A DNA stretch of 33,997 bases from an uncultured Alistipes sp. (GTDB lineage Bacteria > Bacteroidota > Bacteroidia > Bacteroidales > Rikenellaceae): positions 1 to 33,997 of the forward strand of contig CAMWIG010000001.1 of assembly GCA_947174295.1 (NCBI GenBank), read 5' to 3'. The position numbers and the translations under genes are program-made. The stretch's first letter is position 1. Each line of letters starts with the position of its first letter. The notes beneath the pieces are model-generated. The model was not told where the DNA came from and ran no database searches. It saw nothing but the letters and a program-made list of their open reading frames with translations. This document shows, piece after piece, positions 26,118 to 33,997 of this stretch.

Positions 26118-26265
26118 TACACAATGAGTAATTATCAGTTGGTAATGAGCAATTAATATCGCCCGCTGCAACCGCGCTCTTTCATGCACGATGCCCGCGC
26201 CGCGCGAAGCGGCGGGACGGCATACGAACCGAACCCGATTACTAATTTCCGATTTATCCAAGATT

Positions 26266-26877
26266 ATGCTTTTACACGAAAAACTGCTCCCCTACCGACT
26301 GCTGCTGGCGTCGCAGTCGCCGCGCCGCCGCGAGCTGCTCACGGGCTGCGGTCTGCGCTACGAACTCGCCCCGCGCTACGATGTCGAGGAGACCTATCCG
26401 GCCGACATGGCCGCCGCCGACGTTCCGCTATACCTCTCGCAGCTCAAAAGCGACGGATTTCCGCGACCGCTCGCCGAGGGAGAGATTCTGCTCACGGCCG
26501 ACACGGTAGTCATCGCCGGCGGCGAGATTCTCGGCAAGCCGCACGACCGAGCCGATGCGCTGCGCATGCTTCGCAAGCTCTCGGGAGCACGGCACACGGT
26601 CATTACCGGCGTCACGCTCCGCACGGCCGACCGGCGCCGCAGCTTCACGGCTGCGAGCGAGGTCACGCTCCGCACCCTCACCGACGAAGAGACAGCCTAC
26701 TACGTCGACACCTTCCGGCCCTACGACAAGGCGGGCTCATACGGCATTCAGGAGTGGATAGGCTACGCCGCCATCGAGCGCATCGACGGTTCGTTCTACA
26801 ACGTCATGGGGCTGCCCGTGCAGAGGGTCTACGTGGAGTTGGAGCGCTTCATCGGAGAGCTGTCGCAACAAAACTGA
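26266..26877 (+). CDS. maf: Maf-family nucleoside triphosphate pyrophosphatase
   Basis: LLLASQSPRRRELL, LTADTVV, ILGKP, HTVITGV, DKAGSYGIQ, IDGSFYNVMGLP; start refined to ATG 26266. Confidence 0.93.
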   Translation: MLLHEKLLPYRLLLASQSPRRRELLTGCGLRYELAPRYDVEETYPADMAAADVPLYLSQLKSDGFPRPLAEGEILLTADTVVIAGGEILGKPHDRADALRMLRKLSGARHTVITGVTLRTADRRRSFTAASEVTLRTLTDEETAYYVDTFRPYDKAGSYGIQEWIGYAAIERIDGSFYNVMGLPVQRVYVELERFIGELSQQN

Positions 26878-27146
26878 AAAACCGGCATCGGACTCTTCGC
26901 CTAACGCGGCCGCCAGCGCAATGAATCGCCGCCGGCACGAGACCCGATGCCGCAACCGACCTCCGCGACTTCGTCATCCGCAACCTGCCGACCCTGAACT
27001 CCTCCCATCCGCCCCCCAGGAACCCGACACCGCCACGGGCCGCAACCACGGGCGGCAGCATCGTCTGCGAAGAGACATCGCCACCGCCCGGCCCGGCTGC
27101 GTAAAACGAGCCGGGAGTTCCGGCCACGGAGACTTCCGGGCTACAC

Positions 27147-27187
27147 GAAACGAAAAACCGCACAAAACATTTTGTGCGGTATTCGTT
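27147..27187 (-). terminator. Rho-independent terminator oriented on the minus strand (possibly bidirectional)
   Basis: ACCGCACAAAA-ca-TTTTGTGCGGT stem (27157-27180) with a plus-strand A-tract to its left. Confidence 0.6.
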
Positions 27188-27511
27188 ATCTGCGACGCAA
27201 AAAAAGAAGAGCTGACGCTTCGATTTTACCCCCACCATTCAACAACCAAACACCTTTTTTTGGAATAAAATCATGAATGAAACGCCAGCCCTGTATCTTT
27301 GTGCCGATATGAATCATGTTTGGTATTGCAAATGTAAAACAAAATATCGAATAAAACAACTGATTTCATGATTTTTTTCGATATTTTTCCATACCGTCCG
27401 CCGGACATGGCATGCGCAGGGTAAAATAGCTGATACGACGCACGATAGAGCCGTCGAAAAATTTACTGTTATTTTCCAAACAATAGCCGCATGTATTTTA
27501 AAAAAATTTAC

Positions 27512-27519
27512 TAACTTTG
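27512..27519 (+). promoter_or_regulatory. -7 promoter element for yeiH-mdh
   Basis: TAACTTTG in an AT-rich context, about 70 nt upstream of ATG 27587. Confidence 0.6.
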
Positions 27520-27586
27520 CCGGGCAAACCGATACGCGAACGCGCCCGACACGGCAAGTCGCCGATAACGTTAAGCTATTGCAATC

Positions 27587-28597
27587 ATGATAAGCGAAAA
27601 TAGAGTCAATACTCTGCATGGCATCCTGCTCATAGCACTATTCTCCTGCTCGGCGTTCTACATCGCCGACACGCAGTTCGTGCGCAGTCTGTCATTCAGC
27701 CCGCTGATAGTCGGAATCATCCTCGGCATGCTCTATGCCAACTCGCTGCGCAACCGCCTGCCGGAGACGTGGGTTCCCGGCATCAGGTTCTGCACGAAGC
27801 AGATTCTGCGCACGGGAATCGTCCTCTACGGCTTCCGCCTGACGTTCCAGAGCGTCGTCGAGGTGGGTCTCGCAGCCGTAGCGGTCGACACGGCGATAGT
27901 CGTCGGCACGATTCTGCTCGGAATCGTCATCGGACGCCTCCTGAAAATGGACAGCGACCTCACGCTTCTGACATCCACCGGCAGCGCGATATGCGGAGCC
28001 GCAGCCGTGCTGGGCGCAGAGCCCGTAGTGGGCGGACAACCCCACAAAACGGCCGTCGCAGTCTCTACGGTCGTGATTTTCGGCACGGTGTCGATGTTCC
28101 TCTACCCCGCTCTGTGGCGCGCCGGAGCTTTGGCGCTCGATCCCGCGCAGATGGGCGTCTACACGGGTGCGACGCTCCACGAGGTGGCTCACGTAGTCGG
28201 AGCCGGCGACGCCATGGGTGGCGAAATAGCCGACACGGCAATCATCGTGAAGATGATACGCGTGATGATGCTCGCTCCCGTGCTGCTCGTCATGAGCCTG
28301 CTGCTCTCGCGCGGCAAGGAGGGCGGCAAGGGCGGCAGCCGCAAAATCACGATTCCGTGGTTCGCATTCGGATTTCTCGCCGTCATCGGCTTCAACTCGC
28401 TGGACTTGCTTCCCGCACCGATGGTCGGAGCGATAAACTACGCCGACAACTTCATGCTCACCATGGCCATGACGGCCCTCGGCGCCGAGACGAGCATCGA
28501 CAAGTTCCGCCAGGCGGGCGCCAAGCCGTTCCTGCTGGCCGCAGTGCTGTATGCGTGGCTGCTCGCGGGAGGCTACATGCTTGCAAAATCGATTTAA
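27587..28597 (+). CDS. YeiH/UPF0324-family (PSE) inner-membrane transporter
   Basis: About 10 TM helices; LRTGIVLYGFRL, GSAICGAAAVL, GVYTGATLHEVAHVV, IVKMIRVMMLAP, PWFAFGF, MAMTALG. Confidence 0.9.
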   Translation: MISENRVNTLHGILLIALFSCSAFYIADTQFVRSLSFSPLIVGIILGMLYANSLRNRLPETWVPGIRFCTKQILRTGIVLYGFRLTFQSVVEVGLAAVAVDTAIVVGTILLGIVIGRLLKMDSDLTLLTSTGSAICGAAAVLGAEPVVGGQPHKTAVAVSTVVIFGTVSMFLYPALWRAGALALDPAQMGVYTGATLHEVAHVVGAGDAMGGEIADTAIIVKMIRVMMLAPVLLVMSLLLSRGKEGGKGGSRKITIPWFAFGFLAVIGFNSLDLLPAPMVGAINYADNFMLTMAMTALGAETSIDKFRQAGAKPFLLAAVLYAWLLAGGYMLAKSI

Positions 28598-28610
28598 CAC
28601 ACAATAGACT

Positions 28611-29609
28611 ATGGAATTTCTGACAAACGAAAAACTTACAATCGTCGGTGCAGCCGGCATGATCGGCTCCAACATGGCGCAGACCGCCATGATGATGCAC
28701 CTGACTCCCAACATCTGCCTCTACGACCCCTTCGCTCCGGCATTGGAGGGCGTGGCCGAGGAGCTCTACCACTGCGCTTTCGAGGGAGTGAACCTCACCT
28801 TCACCTCCGACATAGCCGAGGCTCTGACCGGCGCATCGTATGTCGTATCGTCGGGCGGCGCAGCCCGCAAGGCAGGCATGACCCGCGAGGATCTGCTCAA
28901 AGGCAACGCCGAAATCGCCGCCCAGTTCGGCAAGGACCTGCGCAAGTACTGCCCCGACGTGAAGCACGTGGTCGTAATCTTCAATCCGGCCGACATCACG
29001 GGTCTCATCACGCTGCTCTACTCGGGCCTGAAACCCTCGCAGGTGACCACCCTCGCAGCCCTCGACAGCACACGTCTGCGCAGCGAGCTGGCCAAGTACT
29101 TCAAAATCTCGCCCGACGCAATCCGCAACTGCCGCACCTACGGCGGTCACGGCGAGCAGATGGCCGTCTACGCGTCGACGACGATGGTCAGCGACAAGCC
29201 TCTCTCCGAGCTCATCGGCACCGAGATGCCCGTCGAGGATTGGCAGGCGCTGCGTCAGCGCGTCATTCAGGGCGGCAAGAACATCATCGACCTGCGCAGC
29301 CGCTCGTCGTTCCAGAGCCCCGCATACGTCTCGATATGTATGATTGCGGCGGCCATGGGCGGACGCAAGTTCGACTACCCGGCAGGCGTGTATGTATCGA
29401 CTCCCGAGTTCGACCACATCGTAATGGCCATGGAGAGCACCATCAGCCGCGACGGCGTGAGCTACACGACCGTGGAGGGCACTCCCGAGGAGCATGCCGC
29501 ATTGGCCGAGAGCTACCGCCACCTCTGCACGCTTCGCGACGAGGTCATCGGCATGGGCATCATCCCCGCGATTTCGGAGTGGAGCACAATCAACCCCAAT
29601 CTGAAATAA
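28611..29609 (+). CDS. mdh: Malate dehydrogenase (LDH/MDH family)
   Basis: KLTIVGAAGMIGS Rossmann motif, GGAARKAGMTREDLLKGNA substrate loop, NPAD, LDSTRL, YGGHGE. Confidence 0.9.
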   Translation: MEFLTNEKLTIVGAAGMIGSNMAQTAMMMHLTPNICLYDPFAPALEGVAEELYHCAFEGVNLTFTSDIAEALTGASYVVSSGGAARKAGMTREDLLKGNAEIAAQFGKDLRKYCPDVKHVVVIFNPADITGLITLLYSGLKPSQVTTLAALDSTRLRSELAKYFKISPDAIRNCRTYGGHGEQMAVYASTTMVSDKPLSELIGTEMPVEDWQALRQRVIQGGKNIIDLRSRSSFQSPAYVSICMIAAAMGGRKFDYPAGVYVSTPEFDHIVMAMESTISRDGVSYTTVEGTPEEHAALAESYRHLCTLRDEVIGMGIIPAISEWSTINPNLK

Positions 29610-29640
29610 TCAGGGCGGCGACACGCCGCGAAACAGCACG

Positions 29641-29677
29641 GAAAATCCCCTCTGCTTCGGTTGCAGAGGGGATTTTC
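29641..29677. terminator. Bidirectional terminator after mdh
   Basis: GAAAATCCCCTCTGC-ttcggtt-GCAGAGGGGATTTTC, 15-bp stem between convergent genes. Confidence 0.75.
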
Positions 29678-29835
29678 ATATACGGGCCCGAACCGGCGGG
29701 CGGATTGCAGCGGCAATATTTGCAAAGCCGCACTGCCTGCCTACGCGACGCCGCAGCCGCCGTACAAGCAGGCTATCGTCGCACGGACAAGCCTTCGCGC
29801 CGCACGCGCTTCGCATCACGTCACGGCCGCACTGC

Positions 29836-30864
29836 CTACCGTATGCCTCCTTCGCGGGCGAACTCCTCGACCGAACGGCGGAAGTGCTCGATGGTCTCCT
29901 CCATGGAGACGTAGGATTTGCCTCCCGCAGCATTTCGGTGGCCGCCGCCGTCGAAATATTTGCGTGCGAAGACATTGACGTCCACATCGCCGCGCGAGCG
30001 CAGCGACACGCGTATGAACTTGCGATGGGCCAGGAACATGGCCGACATCTTCATCTTCTTTATTGTCAGCGCATAGTTGACGAAACCCTCGCTGTCGCCC
30101 TGCTGAAAGCCGAAGCGGCGCATCTCATTCTCCAACAGCGACATGTAGGCCACCTGCCCGTCGTGGATAATCTCCATCTTGCGGTTTATGGCATAACCGA
30201 ACAGCCGGGCGCGGCCCTCGGTGTAGGCATTGTAGACATTGTTGTGAATCTGCGGAATATCTATCCCCTTCTCGGCGAGTACGGCCACGGCACGGTAGAG
30301 CGCCGGTGTGAGCGTCGAGAACGAGAAGTTGCCCGTATCGGTCATCATGCCCACGTAGAGCGACGCCGCGACATCGGCCGAAATGGCATCGGTGCCCTCC
30401 ATGGCCTCGATAATCGAATATACGAGGAAAGAGGTGCTCGACATCTCGGGATGCGAGAACACGAGGTCGAACTCCTCGCCCGGCGAGAGGTGGTGGTCGA
30501 TGAGAATCCGGCGCGCCGAGGTGTTGGCGGCTATGGTGTCGGAGAGTATTTCCAGACGCGAAAGAGTGTTGAAGTCGAGACAGAAAATCATGTCGGCCTG
30601 CTCGACGGCACGGCGTGCACGGCCCTCGGTGTCGGTCTTGAATATCACGATATTCTCTATTCCCGGCATCCAGTCGAGGAAATAGGGGTATTTGTTCGGC
30701 ACGACGCACGTCACCTCATGCCCCATTCTGAGGAGCATTTCGCGCCACGCCAGCGACGAGCCCACGGCGTCGCCGTCGGGGTTCGTGTGAGCTACTACGA
30801 CTATCTTCGACGGCACGGCGAGCATTTCGCGCAGGCGTCCGATATTTTCCATTGACAGTTGCAT
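29836..30864 (-). CDS. nrnA: DHH-family phosphoesterase (NrnA-like oligoribonuclease/pAp phosphatase)
   Basis: HTNPDGDAVGS, CLDFN, LIDHH, GMMTDTGNF, RVSLRS, GGGHRNAAGG (DHHA1). Confidence 0.9.
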   Translation of the reverse strand: MQLSMENIGRLREMLAVPSKIVVVAHTNPDGDAVGSSLAWREMLLRMGHEVTCVVPNKYPYFLDWMPGIENIVIFKTDTEGRARRAVEQADMIFCLDFNTLSRLEILSDTIAANTSARRILIDHHLSPGEEFDLVFSHPEMSSTSFLVYSIIEAMEGTDAISADVAASLYVGMMTDTGNFSFSTLTPALYRAVAVLAEKGIDIPQIHNNVYNAYTEGRARLFGYAINRKMEIIHDGQVAYMSLLENEMRRFGFQQGDSEGFVNYALTIKKMKMSAMFLAHRKFIRVSLRSRGDVDVNVFARKYFDGGGHRNAAGGKSYVSMEETIEHFRRSVEEFAREGGIR

Positions 30865-30905
30865 AAGACGAGGGTTTTACGCCCCTAAACCGAGGCTATC
30901 ATCCG

Positions 30906-30913
30906 CAAATATA
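30906..30913 (-). promoter_or_regulatory. -7 promoter element for the DHH gene
   Basis: Minus-strand TATATTTG about 40 nt upstream of the start. Confidence 0.55.
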
Positions 30914-31005
30914 CTAAAAAAAGAGACAACCGCAAAAATGCGGTCGTCTCCATGTCGTTCAGGCCCGGCCGGCAGTCCTGCCGCCGCCCGAAACCGCGCA
31001 TCAGG

Positions 31006-32721
31006 CTACTCCTCGTCCCGGGGGATTACGATAGCACCGCGCGAAGGTACGACGGGATTGTGGATTCCGACGAACTGCGGCATCCTGGTCTGCATCTTCG
31101 CCGCTGCGGGAGCCGAGCCCGTGATGAGCTCCAAAGCCTTGTCGAGCAGCGGGTCGCCCGCCACGCCCCAGTCGGCGTAACCTATCTCCTGGCTCCACTC
31201 CTTGACTTCGTAGTCGGGAATCTGACCTTCGGGATTGCCGGTTTCGTTCTTGGCATTGTAGCTCTGGAAGGTGATGGGCGCGAACACATAGCTGTAACCG
31301 CCGTAGTTGAACGTCTGCGTCTCCATGCCGACGTTCTTTCCCTCGGTGCGCTCGCCGATGAGCGTCACGGGGAAGTCGATGCCGCGCAGCGAGTTGAACG
31401 TGAGCTCCGACGACGAAGCCGAGTTGCCCGTCACGAGCAGATAGAGGCGGTCCATCGAGAGATAATGGCTCGTGCTGTATATGGACTGTCCGGACGCAGC
31501 GCCGAAATACTCCATTCTCATCTTGTCGGGGAACGACCAGCCGTTCTTGGCCATTCGGGTGTCGTTGTAGCGATACTTCTCGAACACCTTTCCGTCGGCC
31601 TTGTCGCCCGCCACGACGCTGGTAATCATCTGCGACGACATCACGTGACCGCCGCCGTTCAGACGCAGGTCGATGACTATATCGTCGATGCCGGCCGCCT
31701 TGAACGAGCTGAATGCGGCGAGAACCTCGTCGTCGAACGACGCCTCGAACGCCGAATAGACCAGATAACCGATCTTCTTCGAGCCCTTGTTTATCACCTC
31801 GTAGTGCAGCACGGGATTGCAGTACATGCTCTGAGCGGAGAGCGTCATCGTGCGGCCGTCCAGCAGGCCGACGTTGTAGGTCGTGCCCGTACCCTGCGTA
31901 AGCAGGTTGTAATAGTAGGTGTTGGCATTGCTTGCCGTGAGTTTCGTGCCGTTCACCGACGTAATCATGTCGCCGCGCTTCAAGCCGGCCTTGGCCGCCG
32001 GAGAATCGGGATAGACGCCTCGCACAGCCAGGGCATAGCCGCTGGCGCCCAGATTGACGAACGTAAGATTAGGGAAGATGCCGTTCGTCACCTCGGCCGT
32101 CTTCGCCACTGCCGCACGACCCGAACCCGAGCGGGTGATGTAGGAGTAGAGGTAACGGCTGCCGTCGGAGTTCCTGCCGCCGTCGAGGTCGTTGGTCGTC
32201 ATCGAGAGCAGCGTGTTTTTGAGGAACGCATCGTATGCCTGCGCATAGTCGCGCTCGATGGAGTTATACTCGTCGTTCCAGAGGTAGTTCTCGCTCAGGA
32301 TGCGGTCTATCTGGCTGACGTTGACGTCGAAATCGGGATGGCTGCCGGCCACTCCCTGCGTCACGGTAACCAGAGTCACGTCGTCGTAACCGCTCACCGA
32401 CATCACGATGCTTCCCGAGCGCGTCGCGCCGGTCTCGTTCTTCGTAGTGCGTATCGTCATGGTCGACGTGCCTTTCGAGCCGCTCTTGGCGCTCGTGATA
32501 GTAAGCCATGCCACATTGGTGCTCTTGGCCGTCCACGCCGCCGAAGCCGTGAACTTCACGGTCAGCGTCGACTCGATGGTCGACACGCGAACCTCGTCAT
32601 CGCAATCCTTGTAGGTTATCGGGCCGTTGCCCGGAACCGGCGTATCGCCGGTGCTGTCGCTGCCGCACGCGGCGACGAAAGCCGCCGTGCAAATCAGCAT
32701 CAATCGAAAAATGTTTTTCAT
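31006..32721 (-). CDS. S41-family peptidase lipoprotein with BACON and PDZ domains
   Basis: Lipobox VAAC; BACON-like WTAKSTNVAWLTI...NETGATRSGSI; ENYLWN; PDZ VYPDSPAAKAGLKRGDMI; IDLRLNGGG, SASSSE, IGERTEGKNVG. Start at 32721, or 32730 per the ORF track. Confidence 0.88.
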   Translation of the reverse strand: MKNIFRLMLICTAAFVAACGSDSTGDTPVPGNGPITYKDCDDEVRVSTIESTLTVKFTASAAWTAKSTNVAWLTITSAKSGSKGTSTMTIRTTKNETGATRSGSIVMSVSGYDDVTLVTVTQGVAGSHPDFDVNVSQIDRILSENYLWNDEYNSIERDYAQAYDAFLKNTLLSMTTNDLDGGRNSDGSRYLYSYITRSGSGRAAVAKTAEVTNGIFPNLTFVNLGASGYALAVRGVYPDSPAAKAGLKRGDMITSVNGTKLTASNANTYYYNLLTQGTGTTYNVGLLDGRTMTLSAQSMYCNPVLHYEVINKGSKKIGYLVYSAFEASFDDEVLAAFSSFKAAGIDDIVIDLRLNGGGHVMSSQMITSVVAGDKADGKVFEKYRYNDTRMAKNGWSFPDKMRMEYFGAASGQSIYSTSHYLSMDRLYLLVTGNSASSSELTFNSLRGIDFPVTLIGERTEGKNVGMETQTFNYGGYSYVFAPITFQSYNAKNETGNPEGQIPDYEVKEWSQEIGYADWGVAGDPLLDKALELITGSAPAAAKMQTRMPQFVGIHNPVVPSRGAIVIPRDEE

Positions 32722-32752
32722 CGTTATCATGTTTTAATTCTTCCCGATAGTG

Positions 32753-32760
32753 CAAAGATA
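32753..32760 (-). promoter_or_regulatory. -7 promoter element for the S41 peptidase
   Basis: Minus-strand TATCTTTG about 30 nt upstream of the start. Confidence 0.55.
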
Positions 32761-32798
32761 ACGTTTTATGCCGAAAAAACGTATGCCGCACACCATTT

Positions 32799-33443
32799 TT
32801 ACAGCGCCGCCTCTTCGGCCCGCGACCTGCACCACTGCGCGATGCCGCACTCGCCGCACTTCGGGCGGCGGGCCGTGCACACGTAGCGCCCGTGCAGTAT
32901 CAGCCAGTGATGGGCCACGGGAAGCAGATGCGACGGGATGTGCCGTTCGAGCTGCAACTCCGTCTGCAACGGGGTTTTGGCGCCCCGCGTGAGACCTATC
33001 CGGGCCGAGACGCGGAAGACGTGCGTGTCGACCGGCATGACCTCCTTCTGCCATATGACCGCTCCGACGACGTTCGCCGTCTTGCGGCCCACGCCGGGCA
33101 GACGTTGCAGCGCGTCGAGGTCGCTCGGCACCTCGCCGCCGAACTCATCGCACAACATGCGGGCCATACCGGCCAGATTGCGCGCCTTGTTGTTCGGATA
33201 GGATATGCTGCGTATGTATTCGTAAATCTGCTCCTGCGATGCGGCAGCCATGGCCTGCGGCGTGGGGAACGCCTCGAAGAGGGCGGGCGTGGTCATGTTC
33301 ACGCGCTTGTCGGTGCACTGGGCCGAGAGAATCACGGCCACCAGCAGCTGGTAGGGATTCTCGTATCGCAGTTCGCTCTCGGCCACCGGCATATTCTCGG
33401 AAAACCAAGCGATTACTCCGTCGTAACGTTGTTTGAGTGTCAT
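32799..33443 (-). CDS. nth: Endonuclease III
   Basis: LLVAVILSAQCTDKRVN, HhH motif LPGVGRKTANVV, PVDTHVFRV, 4Fe-4S motif CTARRPKCGECGIAQWC. Confidence 0.97.
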   Translation of the reverse strand: MTLKQRYDGVIAWFSENMPVAESELRYENPYQLLVAVILSAQCTDKRVNMTTPALFEAFPTPQAMAAASQEQIYEYIRSISYPNNKARNLAGMARMLCDEFGGEVPSDLDALQRLPGVGRKTANVVGAVIWQKEVMPVDTHVFRVSARIGLTRGAKTPLQTELQLERHIPSHLLPVAHHWLILHGRYVCTARRPKCGECGIAQWCRSRAEEAAL

Positions 33444-33466
33444 AGTCTTCTACCTCCCGGGCACGC

Positions 33467-33781
33467 CTACGCTTCGCCGAGCTTGCCGCCGAAGTGCGGA
33501 TCGGACGGCGAGGGCTCAGGCTTTCCGATTTCGATTTTCCCAACGTTGCTCTCATATCGCGTGACGTTGTCCTGCAACGACATCAGAAGACGCTTGGCAT
33601 GTTCCGGGGTGAGGATTATGCGGCTGTTCACGCGCGCCTTCGACATGCCCGGCAGCACCGCCGCGAAGTCGAGCACGAATTCCGACACCGAGTGCGAGAT
33701 TATCGCAAGATTGGAATATTTGCCTGCCGCCACCTCGTCCGGCAGCTCTATGTCCATGCCTATTTTTTTGATTTCCGTCAT
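33467..33781 (-). CDS. DUF3467-family protein
   Basis: IELPDEVAAGKYSNLAIISHSVSEFVLDF...KARVNSRIILTPEHAKRLLMSLQDNVTRYE. Confidence 0.88.
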   Translation of the reverse strand: MTEIKKIGMDIELPDEVAAGKYSNLAIISHSVSEFVLDFAAVLPGMSKARVNSRIILTPEHAKRLLMSLQDNVTRYESNVGKIEIGKPEPSPSDPHFGGKLGEA

Positions 33782-33804
33782 TTCGTTTCCGTTTTAATGC
33801 GAAG

Positions 33805-33812
33805 CAAATATA
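33805..33812 (-). promoter_or_regulatory. -7 promoter element for DUF3467-nth
   Basis: Minus-strand TATATTTG 24 nt upstream of the start. Confidence 0.55.
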
Positions 33813-33939
33813 AGATTTTCATCGCAATATACTGCCATTCGCATACATTATTTTTCAACAATCGGCAACATCCGCGCCGGTGCGCATGCGCGAAACGTTT
33901 TTTTTGCATGCGAAACAACGCAATACGGATTATTTTCCG

Positions 33940-33947
33940 TATCTTTG
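33940..33947 (+). promoter_or_regulatory. -7 promoter element for a gene beyond the window
   Basis: TATCTTTG near the right edge, divergent from DUF3467. Confidence 0.45.
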
Positions 33948-33997
33948 GCTATCGCCTTAGATACTCCCGCTCGGCAATGCTCAAATAAATTTGGCAT

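Noticed and set aside
26849-27268. ORFs 26921-27268 (+) and 26849-27238 (-) in the maf-yeiH gap
   Set aside because: Low-complexity Arg/Pro/Gly-rich translations that run across a terminator hairpin, with no family motifs.

Overview
High-GC Bacteroidota chromosomal segment. Gene content and TAnnTTTG promoters suggest Rikenellaceae/Alistipes-like (inference). Bases 1-12.6 kb hold a complete polysaccharide utilisation locus (PUL) for beta-1,3-glucan: SusR-like regulator, GH3, SusC, SusD, FN3 surface lipoprotein, GH16 and GH128. The rest is mostly housekeeping: GT2, ECF sigma, rsmG, thioredoxin, PiT-family phosphate transporter, glsA/glsB-like acyltransferase pair, rsmH, FkbM methyltransferase, trmD, four-helix-bundle protein, lpxB, GNAT fusion, FAH hydrolase, Maf, YeiH, mdh, DHH phosphoesterase, S41 lipoprotein protease, nth and DUF3467. 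The most unusual signal is a set of alternately oriented heptamer arrays, (RAATTCA)n and (TGAATTT)n, at successive gene junctions of the fkbM-trmD-4HB-lpxB run. The small four-helix-bundle gene sits in the loop of a 44-bp inverted repeat whose only two mismatches are G-U compatible. Each forward arm is translated as an IQNS(E/K)FKI tail and ends in a stop-codon heptamer that co-varies with its partner arm. Each reverse arm ends 6-8 nt before the next start codon. Other observations are a structured ~124-bp tandem repeat, a G9 tract in susC, a 77-bp-spaced candidate SusR operator and an orphan promoter-sORF-terminator unit. All family assignments are by eye from motifs; no searches were run.
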